DNA from: Takakia lepidozioides
Taxonomy: Eukaryota; Plantae; Bryophyta
Assembly: GCA_030704615.1 (NCBI GenBank)
Contig: CM060731.1
Span: 68,076,001-68,140,000, forward strand
Length of the DNA: 64,000 bases
Direction: 5' to 3'
The notes below the pieces were generated by a model, which was not told the origin of the DNA, searched no databases, and saw nothing but the letters and a program-made list of their open reading frames with translations. Both the position numbers and the translations under genes were made by a program. Below are positions 41,694-55,112 of this stretch, piece after piece (within the stretch, counting starts at the first letter, position 1; every line of letters begins with the position of its first letter).

Positions 41694-42681
41694 TGTTGTG
41701 ACCCCAGAGACCGATTTATTTTCTAGGCCATGTAGCTTTTAGCAAAGTCCATACTCTTCTGCAACGAGATAGGTCTGGAACAGATTCAGTAGTACCTGTC
41801 ACGGACATAGCCCAGAAGAACTTACAATGAGTAGATACCAAAAGTTATCAAATTACTATGTTACCAAAAATTATCATGATTTACCGTGATCTACCATAAT
41901 TTACCATAAGTTACCAAATTATCAGAAGTTTACCAAATTACCGAGAGTAACTTGGGAAACTACTCAGGAAGCTTCTTTTGGAGGAAACTTCTCCATCAAG
42001 AAACCTCTATTGGGGAAGCTTCTTAGGGAACTTCCTAGTAGCCAGTATATATAGGAGGCGAGACTGGACACTCTTTAGTCTCGCCAACACAAGCTACTCT
42101 TGTTTCCAGTCCCAGTATTCTAGTCCAGTTTCCAGTATCTGGTACTCCAGTCCAGTTTCCAGCATTCTAGTATTCAAGTCGAGTTCCAGTATCTTATACT
42201 CTTGTCCATTGTTATAAATATCATCTTGATTCATGTATACCCATCATGCATTTGGCCACGCCGACCTTGACTTCTTGTCTAGCCTTGTATCTTTAGTCTG
42301 ATCTCTTGTTTGTGTTCGGTCATATTCTCGTCTTTAACAGTAGCCTACGTACTGTTTGGGAGCTACGTCCCAACTACTTCTTTGTATTCTTACTTTGCAC
42401 GGATGTTTAGTAAAAAAGCCGCTACATTACAACATCTGCCTATTTCACTTAATATTTGTTGTGAACCTCACGTTGTTGGACCGATCCAATGCCAATCTAG
42501 AAATACATATTCTTCTCTTTCATGCCATATACATGCTGTAATAGACAGTTCATTTCGTAATTCTACTCCACATTTTTCATATTGTAGTGTGTCATTTCTG
42601 CTCGTATTGGTCTTTCCAACGGTAATTGGCCCCCGTTGTCATGTCCTCGGGTACAGGGCCTCCTTCTACTACACTACAACC
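41694..42681 (+). mobile_element. Possible solo LTR
   Basis: Begins TGTTGT and ends ACAAC(C). Contains TTACCA and GAAACTTC microrepeats, TATATATAGG at ~42047, then CT-rich R/U5-like sequence. No TSD found. Confidence 0.4.
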
Positions 42682-43084
42682 CTTGGGCTCACGCTTTCTG
42701 GATAAACCGTGAGCCCAGCTCCCAGGCTCATGGGGCTGGGCTCATGACCTAGCTGCCCTCCAAAGACTTTTCAATAGGTGATTGAGAAGACCTAAAGCAA
42801 CATCACTGCAAAGCTTCTTTGAAGCTGGCTCCTCAATAGAAGACATGAGGAGAGCAATGCAATCCACGATTGAAGCAACAACATAGACGAGAGCAGCGCT
42901 CAAGCGGCGAAAGCGCCGGCACCAAAATCAAACAGAACATGATAAATCAAAGAAAGTCAGTTAAAGATGACAAGAGAAAGTACCGGCAAATCCGGAAAGA
43001 AAAATATCATGGTTCTTTATGTCGGAGGAGACCCCTTTTCTATACTACCCAACCTCCTGATTTTGAGCGACCCTACCAGGGAAT

Positions 43085-43290
43085 GGAAAAAGATCCATAC
43101 AGAGAAAGATTCCAAAGCCCGGGACAATATTCCATAGCCCAGGACATGCAATGTCTCAGGGTTTTATTCCTCAAAAATCCACGGGCCTCTGGTATCCTAT
43201 GGGAACGTAAGGGAACATTTTGTGGCCTGCAAGTGAGCCTTGGACGGGTATTTCAGGAATCTTTCTAGCCTAGGACAGATTCTTGAAATG
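43085..43290 (+). mobile_element. Solo MULE-type TIR (third copy of the arm of 44175-47172)
   Basis: GGAAAAAGATCCATACAG...GGGAACATTTTGTGGCCTGCAAGTGAGCCTTGGAC matches 44175-44380 and the reverse complement of 46945-47172. Confidence 0.75.
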
Positions 43291-43479
43291 AATAGATCCA
43301 AATAACCTGTACTAGGTGATCCTAGAAACCATGTCAAAGGATGCCATAGCACAAAGCAAAGGTAAATCAATTAAGAGCTACTCCTCTTCCTTTTAGATGG
43401 CTCAAAAGAAAGCTGAGCTTTCGTTTTTCCCTTCCTCAAAGAGCGCTTCTGGTTCCGCAGCTGATTCCAGCTCCATCCT

Positions 43480-43975
43480 AACCCAAGGGAGATGAACAGT
43501 TGCTAACCGAGCTCCCAACAGGCTGGGAAGCTATTAGCCCATTTGATTCTGGTATCCGAAATTCTTCTAACACTTCCCTTTTTCCCCAAGAGCTGTCGAA
43601 GACTGAGATGAGCTCGGCTCCCCTCCTACTTCCACACCTTGGCAAAACTGTAACAAGGGTCAACCAATACTTATGAGCCTCCGACATAATGTCTGAGTGA
43701 GCCAAATGTAGCAACTTCTGCAGACAGGGCATAGAATTTTGAAACACAACAAAGCATCTCATCTTCCAAATGTGCCACAAAAAGACACCCCTAAAGGTCT
43801 CCCAAACAGGGCAAGAGCAGAACTTGATACCATTCTTGATGTTCAAAAGCAGGGCAGAGGTAGAGAAAAGAAGAGAAGGGTTCCAATGAGAGTAGAGGGA
43901 GAAGGCTCGGGTCCAGGCTGCCGCAGCGAAAGAGCAGAGTGCCAAGCAGTGTTCGGTATCATACAACAATCTTAC
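43480..43975 (-). mobile_element. L1-type LINE 3' fragment (post-RT zinc-binding region)
   Basis: DTEHCLALCSFAAAAW and VFLWHIWKMRCFVVFQN match the typical C-terminus of plant L1 ORF2. Confidence 0.65.
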
Positions 43976-44799
43976 AACAATTACTTCCTCTCCACGACGA
44001 CACCGCCTCCAGAAACCCACGACTTGCTGTCACGGATTCTCCGCAAAGACTAAGCAGCAGTCGAATCGGCCTGAATGCGAGCAGCCAACACACTTGTGCA
44101 CAGATGTCACGCTTGCAACAACAAATGCCTCGCCAAGCCCTGACCCCCACAGTAGTTAGCAACTCCTTCCACCCTACAGTAAAAGACTCCAAAGCTCGGG
44201 ACAATATTCCACAGCCCAGGACACGAAATGTCTCGGGGTTTTGTTCCTCAAAAACCCACATGCCTATGGTATCTTATGAGAACGTAAGGGAACATTTTGT
44301 GGCCTGCAAGTGAGCCTTGGACTCGGGCCTGGGATATTTCAAGAATCTTTCTACCCTAGGACAAATTCGTAAAATGATTCCCTAGGCTCGGGCCTAGGGT
44401 CCAGGGCTATCTTATCATATATACGGATCAGTTGTAACTGTATGGATGGCTTGGTCTCCTTCACTCCATCTCTGTTGTATGCAGTTACAGCAATTTAGTG
44501 CACTTGTTCTGCTTACCATTAAGTTGTCCTGATGCTTCCCCTCACAGCAGTTAGTTCCAGGTTCAACTGTAGTTTTGATGTGCGTTGCAGCAGACATCAC
44601 ATACCATCCATAATGAGCTCACCAACAAACTTCATTTCAATTCAAGCCATAGGTGCCGCTCAATTGAAGCTTCTTTGAGTATTTAGTCAATATCTTGTCA
44701 GTGCAGTTCTCATGTTCAAGTTGCAAAACTACAGTTTAAAACTCGGGGCCTTTTAGAGAAACCTCCTCTTCCAGTAAAGTATAGCATGACAACTCAACG

Positions 44800-45410
44800 G
44801 AACCCCAAGTGTTAAACTTTCCACTAAGGGCGTGCATCCTTTACCCTCCCACATTTGCCATACATGACAGTGAGGGGAACATGATATCTTGCACAATTCC
44901 AACCTTGACAATGTCAGCATGGATCTCTTTGCCCTTTTCCAGGGCTCCCAGGCTGGCGCACGCATTGAGAACACAAAATGAATGTGACGATGTCAGGCGT
45001 CACCCCCCCTTGTATCATTCGCTCATACATCTCGAAAGTTCCCCTACCACACCCATGCTGAGCATATCCTGCAATCATCACACTCCATTACACCACATCT
45101 CGGTGAGCCATATTCTCAAACACCTTGCGTGCATCCTTCATGGTCCCATATTTGGCATACATGGCAGCAAGGGCTGCCTCCAGAATGATATCTGGCACAA
45201 TTCCAGCTTTGATGATGTCAGCATGGACCTCTTTCCCTTTTTGCAGGACTCCTAGGCTGGCCTCACAAGCATTGGGAATGCAAATGAATGTGACCTTATT
45301 GGGCATGACCCCTCCTGTATCATTGTATTGCACATATCAAAAGCTTCCCTACCAAATCCATGCTGAGCATATCCTGCAATCATGGCACTCCATCGGACCA
45401 CATCTCGTCT
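44800..45410 (-). pseudogene. PLS-class pentatricopeptide repeat gene fragment
   Basis: RDVVRWSAMIAGYAQHG, GKEVHADIIKAG, MYAKYGTMKDARKVFENM; with frameshifts and stops. Confidence 0.9.
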
Positions 45411-45527
45411 ACCAGATGTCGAACCACAGAAGACGCAGAAGCCACAGAAGAGAGGGGGAGGCATTCTGGTTTCTTCTATAATCTCATCAGGGGTATTGTT
45501 TGCAATTCCCATAGGAGCCGCATCCCT

Positions 45528-46240
45528 CTAGGCTGCCACATGCACACCTGCAGCTGCCCTGCCTGAAGGATCCAAGTTTTTGGACCATGCCTCATCCCCG
45601 GCTATGGCCACAGCTGTACTGCACGCCACACTTGGCCCTCCTGGCACTGTCAACCGCGCTGATTGCTGCCACACACATTCTACTGTGTTAGACAGTGCCC
45701 ACATATGTACAAAGAGAAAAGAGAAGTACAGCCAAAAAGGACCAAAAAGAGAAAAAATTGGCCAACTATTGCGTACTTTAGGGTGCCATAGCTGGGTGCC
45801 ATAGGGTGTGTCTCCATCTATACCCACTCACCCTGAATCCACTATTTTAATTCAGTGTTACGACCAAGAAATAGTGGGTGACTGGTTTACATCTGCAAAC
45901 CATAATCTTCACCCGATGTAAGAAACTGTCCAGGTCCTGTCCAATTGTTGATCTATTCAGCACAAGTCTGGAAAACCCCGATGTTGTAAATTTAAATATC
46001 CATGCAGCACCATTGGCAGACAGTCACCTAGAACAAATGCTAGGGGTTGATTCCCAGGTACTCAAGAACAACTGTGACTGACATGCGATGCAAACAAGTC
46101 TGTAAAAAAACATAACACAAACGGGCACTAACATGGGGAAAAGACTTTTTGAATAGCATGCGAAAATAGTAGGATTCCTTGGTGCCTGGAGTGTTGTGTG
46201 GATAGACATGAATTGCATCGGGCATCATCTAATCTGTCAC
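45528..46240 (-). pseudogene. ASN: Asparagine synthetase 3' exons (captured fragment with intron)
   Basis: Exon 46240-46133 (VYPHNTPGTKESYYFRMLF) and exon 45665-45528 (QSARLTVPGGPSVACST...WSKNLDPSGRAA.GVH) match the plant ASN C-terminus. GT-AG intron retained; internal stops. Confidence 0.9.
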
Positions 46241-47699
46241 CTGCAGAGAAGAAAATGCAATCCCTGTCAGCAAAAGAGCTTGCTTAAGGGCCTGAAAATA
46301 ACAACAGGAAAAGGAAATACTTGAAACTTAACATATTTTGCATCTTTTTCTGAAACGGGGCCCCTTAAATTGTGTACCCTAGTCATAGGACATGCTGCTC
46401 CTCCTCACTCAGCGAAACACTTTGATTAAAGGGGATTGAGTATTGATTTAGTTTAAGCTGTCGTTGCACAAAATGTCCAGGGAGTTAAGATGACCCAGCA
46501 AAACAGATTCTGCCCCACAGCAAGCAATTAGCTAACATTGTAGACCTCAACTCACCAGCACCCCTTTCAGCCATACGTCTCTAATTCCCGTTAACATGAA
46601 CTATTTGAACTTCAACAAGAGAGACAAGTAAACCTTCAATGTGGTCCAATGAGGACAAGTCCCTGCTGCATACTATTTGTCCTGAAGCTTGATTTTTCAT
46701 AGAAAAACCCATTCAGGTGAAAATTCAGCCTACATTGATACAGATCCAAAAATGAGAGCATACAAGAGAAGTAAAAATATGTACTCATTCAGTTGTCAGG
46801 AACTGAAACTCTGGGTTTGTTTCCTCCAAAGAGCGCTGTCACGGTGACGAAAGGTCGACGCCCTCCATGAAACGGGCTTCACTGCTCGGCATTCTCAAGT
46901 GGCCATAGCCATCCGGACCCTAGGCCCGAGCCTAGGATATAGAATCATTTCAGGAATCTATCCTAGGCTAGAAAGATTCCTGAAATACCTGTCCAAGGCT
47001 CACTTGCAGGCCACAAAATGTTCCCTTACGTTCCCATAGGATACCCCAGGCCTGTGGTTTTTGGAGGAACAAAACCCCGAGACATGGCATGTCCTCGGCT
47101 ATGGAATATTGTCCCGAGATTTCGAATCTTTAGTCCGGGATTTAGAATCTTTCAATGTATGGCTCTTTTTCCCTCGTGGCACCAAGTGCCTGCAACAGGT
47201 CCCACCCTGCAACGGCGGGTCCTGGCGCATTGGACAGCGAGGCAGATTACTGCCCGATCCCTTTTGAACCATATGCACATAAAAGCAACCATCCATGCCA
47301 CCGGTCGGCCATGCTCCACCCACGTCGGCAAACTTTAGATAACTTGACCGATTTGGCCGAGACATGGAAGTTGTGAGATAAGGTAGGACGTAATTGGTCG
47401 GAGAATGGAGGAGAATCCGTGCGCTCAAGGAGATTGATACTTGCATGTGCACCTCCTTTGTTAGTGCGGCGTGCCTGAGTTCGAACTGGGGCCCTTGGTA
47501 GTTAGGTGTAGGGGAATGCCTCGAGTGGAGGGTTTCCCCTGATTTGAGGGCCTCAAGCTCTTGGAAAGCTCCACAAGTGGGGCCTTCCCCTGCATAAAGA
47601 AACTCAAAATTTTGCTATATTTCTACTCTCTACCTTGTATCATGCACGACAAAAAAAACACCCCCAACAGGGGTGCCCTCCCTCCCCATTGGCTCCAAT

Positions 47700-48950
47700 C
47701 CTCTTTTGTTTTACCTTGAGGAATCATAGCCTCTGCCAGAAATAGGGACCCTTCCTAGGGCCTTCCCTAGATTCAATGCACGCTCTCCAAGATCAATGCG
47801 TGAAATGTGAGGCCACGTGAAGAGGCTAGCATAGAAGTAGGAGGGTGGGTCCTCATTCTGTATTAGGGAAGGGTCGTTCCCAAGGCCCTTCCTGAATTTT
47901 CGAGCACCGGCAAGGAGGGCGGAGGAAGGGCCTTGGGAATGACCCTTCCCCAACGTGAAAAATTGGGAAATTTTTCTTTCCCGCTCCTTGCCCCACAAAT
48001 CGGGGGACCCTTCCACACGCGGAAGGTACTTCCCGCAAATTGGGGGACCCTTCCAAAAGCGGAAGGTACTTCCCGTAAATCGAGGGAACCTTGCGGCCAG
48101 GGAGGCTCCTTGAATTACAAAGAAAAAAATTTGCCAGTGTTTTACAGTTCTAGAGCTTTCTCGAAGCAGGATGAGGGGGAGGGGATGATGTGGTGGCCCT
48201 TCTAGAAGGCTCCACCACCTCCTCCTCTAGACACACTATAACAAGGGTAAGGGCTACACTTTGGAGGGATTCTTTGGCCTCCGCCTCACGTTGGTGGGCT
48301 CTGCAAGCAGGCCCCTTAAACATAAATTTGGAACCTAAACCATCTTGAAGTGAACATAAATGTCAAATGGAGGGCATTCCTGATGTTGTGGGCCTCGAGC
48401 AAAGGGTGCTAGTCCAAGGTGAAGGCCTGAAAATCAGAAACGCCCTCCATGTGCGCGTAAAGATTTTCCCGCCTAAGAAATGGCCCACGCGGGACTTTTT
48501 GAGGGCCTCGAGCAGAGGCCCCAAGTGGAGAATGAAGGGTATTCCTCTGATTTTGAGGGTCTCGAACTGAGGGCACTAATCCGAGGTGAAGTCTCGAAAA
48601 TCAGAAACGCCAGCATAATGACCCTTTGAGGGCCTCGAGCCGAGGATGCTAGTCCGAGGTGAAGGCCCGAAAATAAAAAAACGCCCTCCGACATGTCAGC
48701 ATAAAGATTTTCCCGCCTAAGAAATGGCCCACGCGGGACCTTTTTGAGGGCCTCGACCCGAGGGGACTAGTCTGAGGTGAAGGCCCAAAAATCAGAAACC
48801 CCCTCTAGGCTAGCGTAAAGATTTTGCTGCCTAAAAAGATGGCCCACTTGGGACTTTTTGAGGGCCTCCAGCAAAAGCCCAGGGCGTTCCTTTTTGAGGG
48901 CCTCCAGCAGAGGCCCGAGTGTAGGGCCTTCACTTTGAGGTGTAGAGCCA
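47700..48950. repeat. GC-rich TE-like segment with ~120-bp tandem units
   Basis: CTAGTCC.AGGTGAAGGCC.GAAAATCAGAAACGCCCTC...GAGGGCCTCGAG repeated ~4 times (48400-48920), plus CCCTTCC/GGAAGG motifs upstream. Confidence 0.65.
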
Positions 48951-50376
48951 TGGATTCCTTCAATGAATAGATTTGCTTCTGTTAAATATGGATGAAAAGC
49001 ATGAACAGTTATGAGATTTGGTGAGTAGGCTATCTTTGGCTTGAGGAAGGAGTTGCTAACTACTGTGGGGGCCAGGGCGTGGCGAGGCATTTGTTGTTGC
49101 AAGCGTGACATCTGTGCACAAGTGTGTTGGCTGCTCGCATTCAGGCGACTCCTGGTCTTGGAAAGCTGAGATTCCATTCTCTTCATTGTGCTTTGCTTGG
49201 CATCACAGTTTTTGCTCAATATGTTAGTGTCAATCATGCTTGTCTGAGATGTATTCAGAGCAACAGATGTGCTCTTGGTTGATTAGGTGCCTTCAGAATA
49301 TGGTCACACTCATTGGATCTGTTGTTTTTGGGTGGCATGGTGCAGGCATTTGAGAGCCCCTGGCCCTTAATTCAAGCAAATGCAGCCTACTTTTCAGGAT
49401 GCCTCCTGTCTGAATTACATGACACGAAACCCTTGGCACTTTACCTGCCACAGGTATCTGGCATACCTTTTTTGCATTCAAAAAGTATAATGAAGTGGCA
49501 TAGTACAAGGATGTTGTCATTACTTGGTAGGCTGATGTAAAGTTATGGTATCTTCAAATGTATCTAAAGATCATTCAGAGCCTTATACAAAAGACTTGTC
49601 TGGGGTGAGGGCGGAGGTCACAAATCCTTTACTCCTTTCTAATGACTTTTGCTGGCGCGCATCAGGTGACAGGCAAGTATGACTGGTAAGGATGACAGCA
49701 AATGCTCCGGAGCAAAGTCTACTCTAGCTTTGTGTTTGCTCTTGAATGAAATTGAATCATCCACCTCGGAACTACTTTTCCAGACTCTGTAAGCAACTTC
49801 AGTAACTCATTCATGTGTTATTTCTTCTTTCCGTTCATGGATTTGGCAAAGGTGATACACAGAGGCAGGTTCATATCACTTGCTCAATGACAGCTTGGGT
49901 CAACCATATGAAGCCATGGTAGCGGCGAGTGTGTGAACTTGTGTGTGGAAAGTGACTAGAGCTTCCCCCAAGGCAGCCAAGATTACCATCAAGTTACAGG
50001 GTGGACGCCACTGGTCTGCCTGGAACTGGAGTGTCTCCAGGTGGGTAGCTAGCATCCAAGACAGGCACTGACTCTACTGCATCACACTGTACTCAAATCA
50101 GCCTGAGGAAACTGCGAGAAGATGTAGGATTGAGATGATTTGATAGAGCATTGAGAACATGATGCATGGATACTGATACGTGCAACTGCTGCATGCTTGT
50201 CACATGAAATGTGCATGGTAGTTAGGTGACAAAGTCCCTACGGTCCCTATTGAACAGCCTGATGCACAACACAGGCGACAAAGAACATGACTGGGTTTAG
50301 CCCCCAGATACAGCTCCTTGCTGCTACATTAATGATGATTCAATGTACCCTCCCTCAAAGCTGCAAACAGCTATTA

Positions 50377-52076
50377 CTACCTCTCGAGCTTTGGTCTCTT
50401 CAGAGCACCTTGCTCAGTGTTGGAAGGTTGTTGGCCTCCTGTTGTTGGTTCCACTTTAACAGCCAGATCTGCTGGTGCCTGGCTGCCATCTGCACCTGGG
50501 GCTACACTTGGCACTATGATTGGCAGAGGAGGGGGAGGAGGTGCTGGAGGTAACTGAACCCACAATCAATACCACCACAGTATCCGGGTCATCATCCTAA
50601 TGTATTCCTCTCCAGATTAATTTGATGCTTTTGGTCATCGAAATAATGGAGTCCTGATGGAGATGTCTCAAGAAGAATATCATTGGGGACTAAAACAGAT
50701 GTGTCAGTACATTAATAGTGCAGTAGAAGACACTTACTTCTATCAGACTCTACTAGTTCCCCAGTTGCACACACAATGCAATGGTTGTCCAGTATAGGTT
50801 CCACCATTCCTTTGAGACTGCAGACCAATGAGTGACTTGATGTGAATGCCTAAGAAGATGAGTGTCATTCATTCAGTTGATTATGTTGAGCTACAATAGG
50901 AGGTTTAAGAGATTACCTTCCGCATGAGGCCAGCCAATATTGAATCAATGCGTATCACTTCCTTCACATCCACCAACTTGTCAGCTGATTTCTTTCCAGA
51001 GTTATCAGATGCAACCTTGCCTCCAGGTTTTCCACTATCATTATCAGTATCTGCCAAGCCACCCCCGCCCTCAGTCAGCCATTGCGATACTCCTAAACTT
51101 CATGGAAACTATAAGCTTTCAAGTTAGTACCTGCTATCACAGCAAAGTCATTGACATATACGCTGTTAGCATCAGGAGGAGTAATTATCTTGAAGGAGAA
51201 CTACTTCTGCATTGTCTCAAGTGCTCAACAGTAATTGAATTTTGATCCCAAGGTGTACAAAACCAAGCAAGTAAACCACTGTGTAATAAGGTATGCTCAC
51301 CATAACCAATTTTCTCGAGCTTTGTGGCAGCCTGTGAAAATGCATTGGAAATATGATACAGTGATCTTACCTGCAACACCCCACGATGCCAAACAAAAAA
51401 GATAAGGTGACCAGGACATCTCCACAGACAATTGCTCTCTCAAGCACTGTGAGTCTCTCCGACAGAATTCCAAACAGAATGACGTTCCTAATAGCGCATC
51501 GCAAATATCCCTGCGCGGCAATAACAGCAATGCTTACACAAAGGGTTTATGAACGTACAACACGCGAGCCGATGACATTGTAAAGTTGAGGGGCCTGGTA
51601 GATTGAGCCATCTAGGACATAATAGGCAGCGATTCCCGTCACTTTCTCAGGGCCATCACGTTTCTGCTTGCGAATAACGAAGAGGTGTGGTTCGTGCGCT
51701 TCCTGCAATATGTACTCCATGCCAGTCTTCTTCCTGCACACCATCTCACGTTTAACATTCTCCTGTGAGATAGGCGGACGTTGTGACTGAATTACGCGTC
51801 AGCTTTCTCACAAATGCAATGTACACAGCCAAAAACCTCAAACAGAATAGGGAGGAGAACTCACGACAGATGTGCGAGGTCAAGGGGGTGGATGGACTCC
51901 ATTCGCAATTGCTCATTGGAACAGGATCTATCGTAGAAGGGTGAGAGTGCAAAATAGTCAAACACAAGGTTACGGTCCAGTGGATATGCACTCAGCCACA
52001 GCTGATCTCTAAAACTTATACTCGTCATCTCTGTGCCTGGGGGGCCACCTTCCATTGCTTGTCCGACCCCTGCCAT
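50377..52076 (-). CDS. MED6: Mediator of RNA polymerase II transcription subunit 6, 5 coding exons
   Basis: [46 protein letters not shown]...[35 protein letters not shown] introns; open frame. Confidence 0.95.
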
Positions 52077-52315
52077 TCTCACCCTCCTCCTGCACACTGT
52101 CTGCCTCAAGATAACCCACACACATGAGCGTCCCTGCAATTTTGGTAGGCAATCGAAGGACGCAGAGAGGCGCTGCTAGGACCAAGCATAGATCCGATAA
52201 CCTTGTTTCACATACGTCCTTGAAACTTGGCATTTGAGGGAGATCCGCAGTTGCAGCTGTCCTCAAAAGAGATGCCCATGCGCTTGGGTTAGATTCTCGC
52301 ACCCTCTCAATCTTT

Positions 52316-52324
52316 AAACCCTAA
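52316..52324 (+). promoter_or_regulatory. Telo-box (AAACCCTAA) at the MED6 5' end / junction with MIPS copy 2
   Basis: Exact AAACCCTAA about 240 bp upstream of the MED6 ATG. Confidence 0.4.
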
Positions 52325-54015
52325 AGTCTTTGCGGAGAATCCGTGACATCGAGTCGGGGTTTGTAGAGGCGGTGTGGTTGTGGAGAGGAAGTAAGTAATT
52401 GCTGTGGTTGCTAAGGTTTGGTGAGAGGGGAGAGAAGGTAAGTAGGTCACAATGCTGGTCGACGGCTTCCGCGTGGAGAGTCCGAATGTGAAGTATTCTG
52501 AAGATGAAATTCACTCCGTGTATGAGTATCAGACTACCGAGATGTACCATGAAGTGAAGGATGGGAAGTTTCAGTGGGTAGCCCGGCCAAAGCCTGTGAA
52601 ATACGAGTTTTGTACGAACCGCAAGGTGCCAAAGCTTGGGTAAGATTGCATACCACATCAGCCTTAATCTGTTGTCGTAAGCATTACTTTGAGAAAAAGA
52701 AAACAAGACACAACAAGCACATCGTTATGGTCATTATTGTTTTTGACACCCATTTCCCACTAGCAACTTTCTTGGCAACTGTGAGCAGAGCAGGAAGAGA
52801 CTTCCACCAGGAACAAATGTATTCTGAGGGCTGCCATTGATGAAGGGCACTCTCTCATGAATGAATGCCAATGCAAAAATGGTCGAAGGTGAAATTTCAG
52901 GTTCGCCATTCTCCAAGGAAGCAACAGATGTCTTTTGTATCATTTAGGCCCACAATCACATCACTGTAACGCTCGGTGTTGGCCGTCCACAGAACAATGA
53001 CCTTATCAACTTTTCTTTGAGTCTTGAATGCCCTGCATTATGTCGCTATGTGGTGTGATCAAAAATTCTAAAGAACTTTACACAACAGGCAGGAGTATGC
53101 ATGAGCGAGTACTCAGACTTCCCACATGAAAGCAGCGGTACAAACAAAATCCCATTGAACAGAGTCTCCTGATTTTTGAAGAGAGAAAATTGTAATCAAT
53201 ATCTTATCCTGTATGACTCTATCCATCTGCTCCTTTTTAGAGCCTTTGATGAGGTTGTTGGCACGCTCTCCTTGGTTGGCTGCTATGAAGTCTGCGTCAT
53301 AGATCCCAGGTAGGGGCACCATCCCCTGCATGTAAGGCTGCAGCTGCTTCTGCAAGTCGATGTCGAGCACACAGCTCTATCCATGGCATCAGCCAAATTC
53401 GTTGTTGGAAATGTCCCAACCCCCTACTACTAGGTCATCTGGAGCCACCTTCACACAGTAGACCACACAAAGTTTTCTTTGAGATCTCACTCTTAGAGCA
53501 CCATGCAGCTGCTATGAAGAAATGTGCAAAGGATGAATCTGCATAAGAGAATGAGAAAGAATAAGAAGTTTTTTTTTTGAGATCTCACTCTCAGATCACC
53601 ACCATGCAGCTGCTATGAAGAAATGTGCAAAGGATGAAACTGCATGAGGAAGAATAAAGTGCTAGACAAAAACCCCGTGATTAATAAGAACCCAAACACC
53701 TATATCGATACCATGAGGTGGACACAAACACCAAATCTTCTGTGTCATAACAGACATCAGAGTGCTAATTATTGGACCTACCATGGGCAACACGCTCTCA
53801 AAAGGAACATAAATCTCCTCGCCACTAAAGGAGCCAATACGACATGTCGAGGCTTGTGTTAGAGAACCAAAGAAGTTGGCCTGTTGGACACCGTCTTTAG
53901 TCACCCACAATATTCCCCTGTCACATGAACAAACTTGAGCAACGTTAATGAAAACAATATTGACTGAATATCAACTGACATATCAACTTACAAAAGCAAG
54001 CCATGAAGAAGCTTA

Positions 54016-54108
<93 letters not shown>

Positions 54109-55112
54109 TCAACCATTTTTGGAATAATGGTACATGCACATGTGAGAGGAACCAAAGAAAGAGAAGTTGGGAATTGTCTAGCCAAGCTATATACCATGCT
54201 TTGCTGGTACAACCTCTGCTCTAGAGAAAGGCTTGTCCAACTACACATAGAACTTGAGAATCCCCTCCACTCTATCTTTCTGTAACCTTGGAAATAAAAT
54301 GTGTCAGTGGCAACCTACTGGAAAACAGAAAGATTACAGTCTACGCTGATGTAAATAACACGCTTAGGACTCTAGTCCACCCTCAACTCAGTAATGTCAG
54401 TCGCAAGCTAGCCACAAACCCCAACTTCTTAGGATCATCTCAACATCACCTCAACAAAACAGACAAGTGACTTCTGGTTGAAGACAACTCTATACAACAC
54501 CTCAGCATTACAGAGCAGTGACTTCTTGTGGTATTCCACGTTTTCACCGATGCCTAGGTGCGAATGATTAAACTTTTGGCGCCCATAATACACAATTTCA
54601 CTGCTGTGTTACCGACAATTTCTAAACTTTTAAGAGAGAGAGAAAGGAAGAACGGTCCACCCAGCGACGGTAATCCCCGGCTGCACATTTCGTGCAGACT
54701 ACATGAGGTGATGTTATGAGGAGCCTGTCAGAGGAACCAACACCTCTGCTTGGTCAGCATATTTCATCTCCAACACCGGAATGACCACCAACATTTGCAG
54801 GGCCCATCCAAACTATATATTAATGCAACAATCACCATGTGTCCAGATAATCAAAAGACAATTGTCAGTAGTGAATGAGTGCAAAATGAAAATATTGCTA
54901 TGGAGATAACAAGATGATGTTAATAACTGGTCTGCATGAGTCCAGTAATTATGTGGCAAGCTAGCCACAGACCTGAACTTCTTATTCAGCGTCACCTCGA
55001 TACAACATAAAAGTGATTTCTGGCTGGAGTCTCGATGAAACTAATTGCTAAATCTCAGGTCTTCTGTACAAGAAAGTCTATTTCATGAGTTGATAGTTTT
55101 GTGGCCGTGAGA

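Larger units (their letters stand above)
44175..47172. mobile_element. Pack-MULE-like element with ~230-bp TIRs carrying captured gene fragments
   Basis: Left arm 44175-44410 and right arm 46905-47172 are reverse complements, and the flanks rejoin into contiguous MIPS upstream sequence. The left tip and part of the TSD appear deleted. Confidence 0.8.
43977..47592 (-). repeat. Third, partial copy of the MIPS 5'UTR/upstream region, split by an insertion
   Basis: 43977-44174 = 34560-34759; 47173-47216 = 34757-34800; 47374-47509 = 35223-35359; 47527-47592 = 35933-35998. Confidence 0.85.

Noticed and set aside
54340-55095. C/D snoRNA pair in the duplicated ~90-bp blocks (54385-54482, 54943-55030)
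   Set aside because: Only imperfect C/D-like boxes and no identifiable rRNA guide; more simply intron sequence with a local duplication.
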